DNA of 64,000 nt from Phyllosticta citribraziliensis (Eukaryota), in contig NW_027117342.1 of assembly GCF_038025025.1 (NCBI RefSeq), positions 744,001 through 808,000 of the forward strand. Direction: 5' to 3'. Shown here in pieces: positions 24,094 through 34,459 of the stretch. How positions within the stretch are numbered: position 1 is the first letter of the stretch; each line of letters opens with the position of its first letter. The notes under the pieces were generated by a model. It was not told the origin of the DNA. It ran no database searches and saw nothing but the letters and a program-made list of their open reading frames with translations. The position numbers and the translations under genes were made by a program.

Positions 24094-24441
24094 CTACATG
24101 GACTCGACCGACGGCTCCCTCTTGAGACCGAGCGACTTCTTCAGACCGAGCGACTTCTTGGTTCCGAGAGACCTCTTGACTCCGAGCGACCTCTTGACTC
24201 CGAGCGAGCGCTTGATTCCGAGCTCCATCTTGACTTCGAGCTCCTCCTCAACATCGGGCTCCTTCTCGATAACGGGCTCTCCAGCAGCAGCATCGGCGGC
24301 AGCGGCCTTGCTCTTCAGGACATCGAGATAAGTCATGCAGATTTCTGACCACTCGTAAGCGTCTTGGTAGGAATCGGCATTGCCAATGTAGTCCAGAAAT
24401 TTCTTGAGCATGGCATCGCTGCTGGGGCCTGGGAAGGTCAT
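24094..24441 (-). CDS. Small hypothetical protein, family S copy 2, with LGxK(R/K)S repeats
   Basis: 5'-UTR intron GTAAGC..TACTGAC..AAG 24516-24446 directly before CATCATG; 115-aa ORF. Confidence 0.6.
   Translation of the reverse strand: MTFPGPSSDAMLKKFLDYIGNADSYQDAYEWSEICMTYLDVLKSKAAAADAAAGEPVIEKEPDVEEELEVKMELGIKRSLGVKRSLGVKRSLGTKKSLGLKKSLGLKREPSVESM
24119..24244. repeat. 18-bp coding tandem repeat, about six to seven units
   Basis: CTCTTGACTCCGAGCGAC-type units; LGIKRS LGVKRS LGVKRS LGTKKS LGLKKS LGLKRE. Confidence 0.95.
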
Positions 24442-25447
24442 GATGCTTCAATCCAAGTCAGTATCGCCACGTCTGGCTTTGCAGCAGGATCTTGGGACTT
24501 GAAAGAGGAAGCTTACCGGAAATAGAGAGATTATGCGTGGAACTGTGGTGGAACGAGGTTGTATGGCGTTGTTGAATATGTTGTGGGTTTTGAGAGTGTT
24601 AGAGGAAAGTCGCGGTCGAGGGAAAGCAGGCGGCGAAATGGTTACTTGCGAAGTGTTAGTCGCGCCGCGAAGTGTTAATTGGGACTTTGGGGTGCGCGAC
24701 GCCGGACTGCTCCCAGCGCCCGGCAGTCATGCTCCAATGTCTATTTTCGCAAGCGCTTGATGCTTGATTTTGCTGGTTTTTGGCCTGAAAATACATTCAC
24801 CAGGTTTCTCAGGCCTATATACAAATAGAGTGTGTAAAGAAGGAACAGGTGTGGGCGAGGCGTGAACAGCTGCCTTTAAGTAATTCGCTCAACGCAATCA
24901 ATTAGAGGCCTGCGATTAAGTGCCTGGTTGATTGAATTGCAGTGCATTCGGCAACTCGATTGCGCGACTTGCGCAACTGCTTGAGTTGTCGACCACACTA
25001 CTCCCAAACTCAGGCAGAGACTCGCAAGTGAATGGAGCAATGTCTGCATGGTTGACGACCTCTGCGCTCTGCTCTCTTCCCGCCGTCAGTCGGTCGTACT
25101 ATTGCCAAAACACCGCGGCCCGGGTGACGACTAAGGGGCCTCGCCAGCGACGACAAACAAAAGCTCTTTCTCGTACAAACACCTCCACACTTTGACACTG
25201 GCGCAAATTCAACCCACAGCACCCGAAGCGACGCATAGCACCGGAAGCGACGCGCTTGGGCCACCCAGTCCTTTGCGCCCGCCACCAAGCGCCGAACGCC
25301 ATTGCATTCGCCCTTTTCTCACCGCACAACGAACAAATCGACTTCGTACAAATTCGAAAGCTGCCTTCACTCCTGGTCATTTTCCTACTTACGCGGTATC
25401 CCCGTCGACTTTGCTTTGGTTAGCTAACTTTGTTGCAGTCGACAGCC

Positions 25448-28225
25448 ATGGCGTCAAGACTTTTGCACCACTTCAACGCATCATCTCCCGATTGCGAAGT
25501 CGACTCTTTGTCCTGCAGGCTGGCCGTGTTTCCTGCCAACGGTGGTGATCCCTGGGCCATCGGCGATGGTCATCTCCGCGAGCTCCAGAATACTTCGCTG
25601 CAGATTGCTTCGGACACTGGACCGATGGTCTACTCTTCGCTTCAGATCCGCCATCATCGCCACTTCAACTGCTTTGTTGATGTTAAAATCGTCTTCCGCG
25701 ATTATGGAGACGACGGAAAGCCGATCAACACTTCTGTCATCGTCATCCGGCTTGACCGAGACTCCATCGTTGCGGAGAACGGACAGCCTGCCAGACTCGG
25801 TTTCCGCGAGGTCAGCGACAACAACCTGGCCGATTCTGCCGTAGCTTTTGGCCTCACCACCCAGGCCCTCATGTCTCAGAAAGAAGCGGTCGCCAAAAGC
25901 GGCGAGAGGTTGTTCTTCATCTCGATCCCGTACGCCGCGTCTCCGCCCTCCGCCAACCTCAACACGCGTGCGCCATGCCATGGTTCCCAACGCGCGTCAA
26001 TCGAACACCTCCGACGCACTTTTGCCTCCAACGGTGTCATCCACGCCCTGGTCCGTCGTCCGAACGCTCCCATCCCGCTGATGGCCAAAATCAACGCCAG
26101 AATTACGCACTACCGAAATCAGAATCCGCTGGATCCTTACTACGCGATGGTTCCTAGGAAAGAGCGGCACATCCAACTTGGCGTTCAGACTCCCAAAGAT
26201 CAGCGTCCAAAAGTCCACCTGGCGCCCCAAGTCATCTTCTGTGACTGGGATGCGTACATGACCGTATTGGGCTACGGCGTCGTCCAGGAGCGGGAGTGGG
26301 AGGTTGAGCACGCGGCTGAGAGAGGAACCTCCATGAACGCCGCAAACCATGCAGTGCTCAGGTTGGACGCTCTGCGGGAGCTCAGCACGGGAAATGCCAA
26401 CGACTGGGCACGCAAGACATTGCTTGGGACCCGCATCATAGACATGCCTCTCTCCGACATGTACAACGACGTGGAGCGTGACGAGCTGGGGAATCAAGCG
26501 ATGTGGCTGTCGATGTCCCACCTCAATCCAGGACAAGCCGCTGCCATGGCCATGACGCAGGCATTGCCCAACGGAATCGGACTGATCCAAGGGCAGGCCG
26601 GCACAGGCAAGAGTTTTCTCCTCGCGAACATGGTGCTTCCTTTGCTGTTCACGGATGCTCGTGTTGGAAAGTACGGCAGACGCGATGGTCCGGCGGCGCT
26701 GCTGCTGTCGACAGCTAACGAGAGTGTTGACGAAATCGCCAGGCGTGTTGAGTCCATCTGCGAAGACACATGCGAGCAGCTGTCAGTTCAAGGCCCAATG
26801 TATGTTGTCAGAGTGCATTCGGCAGCCTCGGAGTCTGCCCTTCTTCGCCGGGCTGTGGATCAAAGTCACGATTTGCAGGGCCAACAACACACACCCGGCC
26901 CGACCGAGTTGGACCTCTCGGATTTTGCAAGATCCCGTGCGACCATGCTCACAAGTGCGACGGACGCAGCACCCTCTGGGATTGCTGACAGGCGTGTCAA
27001 GCTCGTCAACCTCAGTCTCGGCACCCTCATGATGCTCTTGTCTGGCTTTGAGACAACGTGTCTTGCGGAAAGGGGCCAACAGCGTTTTGCGCGCTTCCGG
27101 GAATTCTACCAGTTGTATGAAGACGGCAAATTGGTCGATGAAGAAGCGAAGAAGACGTTTTTCAACCTTCAGGAAGAGCTGCGACAAGCAGCGCTGAGGC
27201 ATGCGGACGTTGTGGTGACCACTCTCTCTACGGCTGCTAGTCGGAAGATTCGTGGCGTCGTTCAGCCAATGACAATCATAGTCGACGATGCAGCGCGAAC
27301 CATGGAGCCAGACATTTGGAGTTTATTCACGTGGTACCCGCGAGGTGTCAAGCTCTTTCTCGGCGACACCCAGCAGCTGCGCCCCTTCGTGATGTCTGAA
27401 GGTGGATTCTCAGATCAGCTCCGTCTGTCTTTCTTCGCGCGCTTCCTTTTGCTGGGATATCCTTGTGTTGAATTGGTAGAGCATCATAGGAGCGTCGGCA
27501 CCATCAAGAGTATCTGCAGCAAGTTGTCCAACGCTGGCCACCTTGAGACGTCGAAACAGACCGAGTTCGAGCTCCGGAGCCTGTCAAAAGCTTTTGAGGC
27601 AGCAGTCAGGGCTGGGTACAATACCAAATACAATCGGAGCGCACTGCTCTTCGACATCAAATATTCCGAAGACGCCTGTATTCCCCGCTCCAAATCGTAC
27701 ATCAACATCCACCACGTCCGGGTCGCACTGGATGCAGTCGAAAAGCTGCTGCGTCAGGGCATCAATGCTGAGCGGATAGCAGTTCTGGTCCCCTACCTCT
27801 CCCAGTTGGCAGTCTACAGGTTTGCACGCAACACCCTGGCCCAAAGCAATCCGTCTTTCGCCAGCCTCCATATGGAATCGTTTGACACGATCCAGAGCCG
27901 AGAGTACGACTTCACGATCGTCGACCTCGTGAGGACCAGCGGCCCTGGCTTCCTGCGGGATTCGCGCCGCGTCAACGTGGCTCTTTCGCGTGCGCGATAC
28001 GGCATGATCATCTTGGCCAACCGCAGCGAGATTAAACGCAACCGGATCGAATTTCGCGACACTCCACCCGCCAAGATTCGAGAGATCTTCGCCAGCATGA
28101 AAATGTCGGTCATTGAGTTTCAGGCGCATGCGGAGGAAGGCTTGGTCGAGATTCCTGGATTGCGCGACATCACTGCCGAGAGTGCGGCTGGTCTGGATGC
28201 CGCTGAGGAGCCTGTCGCCGAATGA
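25448..28225 (+). CDS. SF1B Upf1/DNA2-NAM7-like helicase (AAA_11/AAA_12 type), longest copy (H3), with variant motifs
   Basis: Uninterrupted 925-aa ORF from ATG 25448: LNPGQ, LIQGQAGTGKS, ADVVVTT, IVDDAAR, GDTQQLRP, HHRS, VPYLSQL, FDTIQSRE, RRVNVALSRAR. Confidence 0.9.
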   Translation: MASRLLHHFNASSPDCEVDSLSCRLAVFPANGGDPWAIGDGHLRELQNTSLQIASDTGPMVYSSLQIRHHRHFNCFVDVKIVFRDYGDDGKPINTSVIVIRLDRDSIVAENGQPARLGFREVSDNNLADSAVAFGLTTQALMSQKEAVAKSGERLFFISIPYAASPPSANLNTRAPCHGSQRASIEHLRRTFASNGVIHALVRRPNAPIPLMAKINARITHYRNQNPLDPYYAMVPRKERHIQLGVQTPKDQRPKVHLAPQVIFCDWDAYMTVLGYGVVQEREWEVEHAAERGTSMNAANHAVLRLDALRELSTGNANDWARKTLLGTRIIDMPLSDMYNDVERDELGNQAMWLSMSHLNPGQAAAMAMTQALPNGIGLIQGQAGTGKSFLLANMVLPLLFTDARVGKYGRRDGPAALLLSTANESVDEIARRVESICEDTCEQLSVQGPMYVVRVHSAASESALLRRAVDQSHDLQGQQHTPGPTELDLSDFARSRATMLTSATDAAPSGIADRRVKLVNLSLGTLMMLLSGFETTCLAERGQQRFARFREFYQLYEDGKLVDEEAKKTFFNLQEELRQAALRHADVVVTTLSTAASRKIRGVVQPMTIIVDDAARTMEPDIWSLFTWYPRGVKLFLGDTQQLRPFVMSEGGFSDQLRLSFFARFLLLGYPCVELVEHHRSVGTIKSICSKLSNAGHLETSKQTEFELRSLSKAFEAAVRAGYNTKYNRSALLFDIKYSEDACIPRSKSYINIHHVRVALDAVEKLLRQGINAERIAVLVPYLSQLAVYRFARNTLAQSNPSFASLHMESFDTIQSREYDFTIVDLVRTSGPGFLRDSRRVNVALSRARYGMIILANRSEIKRNRIEFRDTPPAKIREIFASMKMSVIEFQAHAEEGLVEIPGLRDITAESAAGLDAAEEPVAE

Positions 28226-28399
28226 AATGCCCCTCAGTCTCGCGGTCAAGATTCGCGCCAGGACTGTGGCTCATCAGTTGGGATAGAAGTTAGTTAGGTA
28301 TTGCAGGGACGGGGGATGCATCTCGGGGTTCAAAGAATTTGTAATCTCGAGTCTTTTCTCCCAGGTCTACACATGCGCGCGGAACAGATGGAGGTCGCC

Positions 28400-29345
28400 C
28401 TCAGCGGCGCACAGCCAGTCAAAGTCAAGTATTGTGCTAAGGCGGACCAGAAGCTTGTCCGTGACTAGATTTGGGCCCTTTTGACGTTGGATCACCCGAA
28501 GTATGGCTTCCAATGGGTGAAGGACACCCTGCTGTGTGGAAACATCAACGGGGTGTCTCCTTTTACGCAAATTCACTTGTGACATCGAGGCAGGAAAAAA
28601 TCACATTGGCACTGAACTTGTTCGGCTCAAAACGGCACTCATCCCTACAACATTGAACGTCTGGAGCAAAATCAGACCCTGCCGACTGCAATCGGTGGCA
28701 TCGTACCGTTAGATGTTTGACAGTGAATTCAAGGTACCTCTTTTGGCCTCTCTTTGACCTAAGGCGGCAATCTACTGTTTTCAGCTTTAAACATTCAAAA
28801 CAAAGTCTAAGCCTACCGACTTGAGTCGATGGACCAGTCGGTATCAGACGTTTGACGGTGAGCTGAAGACTGCCTCTTTTGGCCTGTTCTGGCGGCCATT
28901 AAAGCACATTCACGCCAATGAGCCTTGCAGACTCAGCCTGTAGCCCGAGCCTGGGAGCAGTCGTTCCATGCTACGGCTATTTAATTGGAGCATTCGTCGA
29001 GTACAACCGCTTTGCCGCCACAAGGACTCTCGGGTTGCAATGTACCACGCCGAGAGGGTGACTGACAGTACAGAGCTGGCGCGGGTCACCAAACATCAGC
29101 TTGGAGCCTTGCTGGTCTATGGCTTGGTCATAAAATTGCGGCACACATGATAACGGCAGAACTAGTCAAGGAGCATTCATACGCTTGAACGGACGACGGT
29201 AGGAAGCATTCGAGCCCAGACTTAGGCATGTGGCAAAACCCGGGACACTTCCCGTCCGTTTGTCCTCCGAGACTCCATTTAACCTAAAAGAGCAACTCTG
29301 GCTTACGCTTCAACTTCAAACATTTGCTATCTCATAACGCCCATA
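28400..29345. repeat. Degenerate copy of the structured repeat family also at 62.36-63.6 kb
   Basis: AACGTCTGGAGCAAAAT, TCAGACGTTTGACGGTG..TGCCTCTTTTGGCC, and AACTTCAAACATTTGCTATCTCATAACGCC (about 29312) vs AACTTCAAACGTCTGCTATCTCATAACACC (62611); left limit approximate. Confidence 0.8.
29104..29231 (-). repeat. Left arm of about 130-bp inverted repeat pair B
   Basis: Reverse complement aligns with 32204-32340. Confidence 0.9.
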
Positions 29346-29767
29346 TTTCCACCTTGAAGACTCGATGGGAGCTGGAATACTCTTGAATGCTCCTCATCTG
29401 ACTCTGGGAGGTCGTTGGTTTGCGACCTTCTCCTTCAACACTACGACCACGTCCTTCCAACAAGGCACATTGTGCATCCTGGCGATAGCCATGGAGAAGG
29501 TACAGCTGGGGGTGGTGCACCTGCTGCCGCCCAAGTATTTCTCTCTCGGCAGTCCTGGGGGAAGTGAGCCCAGTGCACCTGCCCACTCCATGGGTCAGCC
29601 CGCCTCTGGCCGTCGTCCTGTTTTCCGCCTTCTTCTCTCCATTCGTCCTCTTCCTATCCTCCTCTCCCCTCAACCTCAACCAACCTCTGGTGCAACTCTC
29701 CGCCACGTCGCCCTATCTTCTCAAGCTCTCACCACGAGGTGGATTCAGCGTCAATTTGACATGTAAG

Positions 29768-31348
29768 ATGACCTCTCCATTTTTCGGCACCTTCTCCATC
29801 ATTGATGCTGATACATTCCTTCTCCAGCCATGGCGTACCTTGAAGCGGCCCGTCACGGAATCGAAAACACGTCTCTGTCACTTTTGCATAGAGCAGCCTT
29901 TGAGAACATGCTTGTCAGCGACGTCCGCAATCGAAGCCGGTACCTGCCGACGCCCGGAGAGCACCTGATACAAGAAGCAGCGAGGATGATGGTTTGCCCC
30001 GACGTTGCCGAAGATGTCCGCAGAGATTGGGCTATCATCCTCCGATTCGAATCGGAACGAGAGGCACCAACCCCGCAGAATGACCACGGCCAAGATGCTC
30101 CCCAAGAACGTCGTCAGGCTCGCCAGCGTGAGTCTCAGCCACCGTCTCGTGGCAGACGTTGGCATCTTCAAAGGCCCTCCTGGTACGGGAAAGACATTCT
30201 GGATCGGTACCATTGTCCAGCCGCTCCTCTTTGCGACGAAGAAGAAGGAACCAGGTCCCGTCGCGCTGATCTTGCCCACCAAAAACGACTCGGTGGATGA
30301 CATTGGTGCTCGCTGTGTCGAGTCATCAGAGCAGTTTGCCGAGGAGCTGGAAGTCGATCGCACAATCACCGTCGCGAGTCTTCATTCGCGCAAGTCCTAA
30401 AAGCCAACCGTTCGACAGCCCGGCATGGCCAGGCGCGCCCCTCGTCGTCCTCCGTTTCTGCGCAGCCCAATGGCCGAGGCGCTGCACGACTTTGCAGCCG
30501 CAAAGGAATGTGGCGCCGCGTACGCTGGCACCGTTCCCTCGCCACATGCAGACAAGCGTGTGGAGGACGTCGAGCACAGCCATGGCCAGCTCATGTGGGA
30601 CATCTCGGGCTTCGTCGAAACGTCACGGTCGGAAAAGTTCAGCAAGGAAAGGTTTCTCAACTTCAGACACTTGTACCCCATATTTGAGCAGGACTTTGTC
30701 TTCACGCCAAAAGAGTCGACTGATTTTACCGCAGCGCAGCTGGATCTTGCAAAGGCCGCGCTTCTCGAGGCAGACGTGATCGTGGCCACCGTGGCTAGAG
30801 CCAGCGACCCTACTCTCTACGAGGTCGTTAAGCCCCACCTCATCCTGACCGACGAAGCCGCGCGGGCCACGGACTCTGAGATATGGCCAGTCTTTGTCAA
30901 CTACCCAAAGGACCCCAAGCTGATGGTGGGCGACTCGAAGCAGCTGCGCCCAGTTTCCCACTTTGACAACCGACACCGGGATAAGCGCCACCTGGCCCTG
31001 ATGACAAGACTCATGATCCTCGGAGACCCCTGTCTGAGTTTCATCAACCAGCATCGCTGTGTGAAGGAAATCGCCAAATGTCTTCTTGGAGTTGTCGTAC
31101 GAGAAGCGCATCAAGAGCCCCGGCCACGAAAGCTCCCAAGACGCCTCGCCTTCGCCTGACCATGCCAAAGGCCAAGGGCACGACTGCTCCCACCGCGACC
31201 CCACGCATGTGGCCCGGTCTCTGCGGCCCCTTGCGAAGCCGTTTGTGGACGTGGTCAGAGAGTCCTACAACTGCCCGGTCAACAGGTTCGCGTAGCAGCT
31301 GGACCCCCAGAAGGCCGAGGAAGAGATATTGGAGTTGGCTGAGTCAGT
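29768..31348 (+). pseudogene. SF1B helicase pseudogene (H4)
   Basis: [12 protein letters not shown] in ORF 30005..30400, stop at 30398; ADVIVAT, TDEAAR, VGDSKQLRP, NQHRC in ORF 30425..31159; frameshifts; motifs V-VI absent; start approximate. Confidence 0.85.
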
Positions 31349-31386
31349 TTCCAATGTGACCAACGTCCGCGTCGTCATGAACATCA

Positions 31387-32203
31387 TTGTCAAGCTTGTC
31401 GCTGCCGGAATCGATCCCACAACTTGGCCTGATCCAAGGCCCTCCAGGCACTGGCAAGACTACCCTGATGGCAAACATGGTGCTGCCTTGCGTCTTCAAT
31501 GATACTCGCTTGGAGGACAAGAGTGAAGGACCACCTGCGCTGCTGTTGTCCACCTCGAACAGCTCAGTCGACGACATAGCCGTGCGGGTCAAGGCAGTCT
31601 GCGAAGATGCCTCGAAAAGCTTGTCCTTCAACCGGTACGTGTACACCGTCAGGTTGCACTCGCCAGGAAGCGAGTCGGCCATTGTGAGGAAGTCCGCAGA
31701 CCGGAAGCGCGGCGACAAGCGCCCAGATTTCCTCAACAGTCCGGTCGACCAGGACCTGAAGGACTTTGCCACGGCCAGGGCCCTTGCATCAGTGTACACG
31801 AAGTCGAAAGACAGACCCGCCGGCGTCCCCGACAAGCGTGTCCGTGTCGTCGACCTAAGCCTTGGACGGATCATGCTCCTCATGTTTGGTTTTGAGGACA
31901 CGCCTCTCGCCCGCAAAGACCAGGAGCAGTTCGAGAAGTTCCGCGACAAAGAACCTTGCGACCCAACAAGGGATGGCGCGCTTCACCGCGCTCCAGACGG
32001 AAGGAGATCGCCAATGTCTTCTCGGACTTGTCGTACGTGAAGCGTATCAAGACCCTGATGCATGTGGCCCAGTTTCTGAAGCCCCTTGTAAAGCCATTTA
32101 TAGATATGGTCAGAAAGTCTGATAACTACCTAGTTAATAGAATAGCGTTATAGCTAGACCTGCAGAAGGCTGAGGAAGAAATATTAGAGTTGACTGGGTC
32201 AGT
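31387..32203 (+). pseudogene. SF1B helicase fragment (H5), tandem to H4
   Basis: [60 protein letters not shown]; jumps past motifs II-III to a tail homologous to 31066-31348. Confidence 0.85.
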
Positions 32204-32340
32204 ACATGCCTAAGTTGCTGGGCTCGAATGCTCGAATGCTTCCTACCATCGTCTGGTGAAGCGTATGAATGCTCCTCGACTGGCCCTGCCATTTATCATA
32301 GTGCCGCAATCCATGACCAAGCCATGGACCAGCACGGTTC
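32204..32340 (+). repeat. Right arm of about 130-bp inverted repeat pair B
   Basis: ACATGCCTAAG..CTGGGCTCGAATGCT..TCCTACC..AAGCGTATGAATGCTCC..GTGCCGCAAT..ATGACCAAGCCATGGACCAGCA. Confidence 0.9.
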
Positions 32341-33045
32341 GGTGAAGCGTCTGTGATTCTGTTGTGTGGTTTAAAGACAACTGATAGCACTCTAGCGTCT
32401 CTAGCTTCAGGTAATGAAGAGAATTTGGGCGACTTGGTGGGGCCAGTGAAGAACACTAGAGGTATTCCCTGGTTTTGCTGGAGGCCGACTAGCCTTTGAG
32501 AAATTTGATAGTCTGTGAACAAGGAGGATTCAAGCGCAAAACAGGCATCGGTCGGGCGAGTTGTTGCCTTGCTCAACTCCTGATGTCCGTCGTTTACTGG
32601 CCAAGCATCATCAATCAGCGAGCGGAATTGTGTTCTTGGCGAAGATCTTCTTGCCCAGGCCAACAAGTAGAAAGTACCTTGGATATTGAGATGCGAAAGC
32701 ATGTGTGTGCAAGCTTCTGGCATGGCCGATCTACAGCTGCAAGGAGACTCACCTCGGTGGAGGAACGGCTACGCCGGAGACGCCGGTCGCAGGAGTAGAA
32801 TGCGCGATTGATGCGCAAAAGGAATGCCAAAAGATCTGAATTTCTGGGGGACTGCTTCCCCGGCAGCGAAACAGCTGGAAGCAGATCGTGCTCGACGGAG
32901 CCTGGAATCCGTATGTGTTGCCGTGCCAAATTTACAGCCAGAATTTCTCCTTCCCCAACCGCTGCACCCCAGGTATCAATATCGAAAGAAGCGAAGGAAA
33001 GCGAAAAGGACGTAACGAGAGGCTGAGCGTCACCCCCTGCAGACG

Positions 33046-34106
33046 CTAAACTGGAGTCTTGAAAAAACCGTCTTCCTCGCCCCAACTCAGCGCCACGCTG
33101 CGTGCCAACAGGTCGTTGACGGCCTGCCCGGGGTGGTAGTCATTCGCCCACAAACAGGACCATCCGTCCCAATTGAAACATGAGTCATCTCTGGCACCAA
33201 AGCCCGCTGGGTTGTGTAGCGGGATGCGGAACGCCGGCCGCACGTCGACCAGCACCGATTTGACGCCCAGCTTGTGCGTCTCGGCGTGATATCGCGCGAC
33301 GCGCCGGATGAGCAGCTTGTTGAATTCGGTCAGGATGGCGTGCATGAGTGAGCGGCCGAGCAAGTCGTCGGATTGTGCGCGCATCGCGGGTGTGTACTGC
33401 AGTGCTGCTGGTTGTGAGAATTTGGCGCACCAGGAGGAGCGGAGGACCTACGTGGCAGTGTGAAAAAAGCAAAATTTCTCACGCCCTCCTTGTACAGGAT
33501 ATCCACCTGCTCAAACGTCTGCTTGATGACTTCGTGCATGAGCTCTCGTCGGAAGTGGTATTGGTGCAGCAGCTGGTCCATCCATCCATGTTCGTCCAGG
33601 CGTTTTGGGAAGCGGTGCCAGTCGTTCCCGAGATCGTTGAGGCCGACCCAAATGGCGAAGAGGGTGTTTTCTGACGTCCAGTTGGCGTACGAAGGACGCG
33701 GCGTGGTTGCGAGTTCATCGCGGAATTGCTTTACCTGCGCTTTGTTAGACAACATCTACCAGAAACGACGAAGACTGACCTGATCGTTGGCGCACCTCAC
33801 TCGGTCAGGATACGGCATGCGCGGCTCCACCAGGGTGCAATTCACCGTCGCGCCACCGTCTGCAAAGTTGTACGTCAAGATGTCGGTAGCATTGTACTTG
33901 CTGATCAAATGGCCCACCCAATTTGCCCCACCGGCTGTGGTGACACCGGGCCAATTTGGGTTTCCGAGAGGGTTCTCCAACGACGGTTTCGGGCCAGCAA
34001 GGTTGAAGTACGTCCATGAAAAGGAGTCCCCTCTGCAAGCTCGTCAGTCGGAATTTGGTAGTTTTGTTGCAACTTACATAATGAAGAGGTACTTCAGGGC
34101 CTTCAT
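33046..34106 (-). CDS. SGNH/GDSL hydrolase (CE16 acetylesterase-like), multi-exon
   Basis: Spliced KYLFIIGDSFS, NPLGNP, TYNFADGGATV, IWVGLND, WANDYHPG; no obvious signal peptide from ATG 34106. Confidence 0.85.
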
Positions 34107-34459
34107 CGTGGCTGTTGAATCTCCATGCTCTCTTGACAATAGTATATAGCAATTGGGATGGTCTATGCTGTTGGCATTCCATTCGCTTTAAATTCTAGAT
34201 CTACGCGCTGAGCATGTGCATTCCGACAAAATATACTCATCAGGGTTGAGAGGCATCAAGGTACATCGCGACCCTTCCGGGGAATGTCCCTTGTTTCGCG
34301 CGTTCTACGCGCGTGGTTTGTTGGAGCACGCGCCACTTTGCATGACCTCCAATTCTTCTTATTCCACGCATCTCGCAACGCACCTTTTCAACCGAAAGCC
34401 ATTTCCATCGAATTCATCCCCAGCCGGAGAGTGAGAAGGGTCTGGAGTGCTGTTGAATC

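Noticed and set aside
25448..28225. Helitron RepHel or true UPF1/SEN1 orthologue
   Set aside because: Motifs (GDxxQL, VALSRAR) are Upf1-like, not Pif1-like; no HUH Rep motifs; no Upf1 CH domain or long Sen1 N-terminus; multiple degenerate paralogues
1..32340. Starship call
   Set aside because: No DUF3435 tyrosine recombinase or element boundary recognisable inside the window; cannot be excluded beyond the left edge
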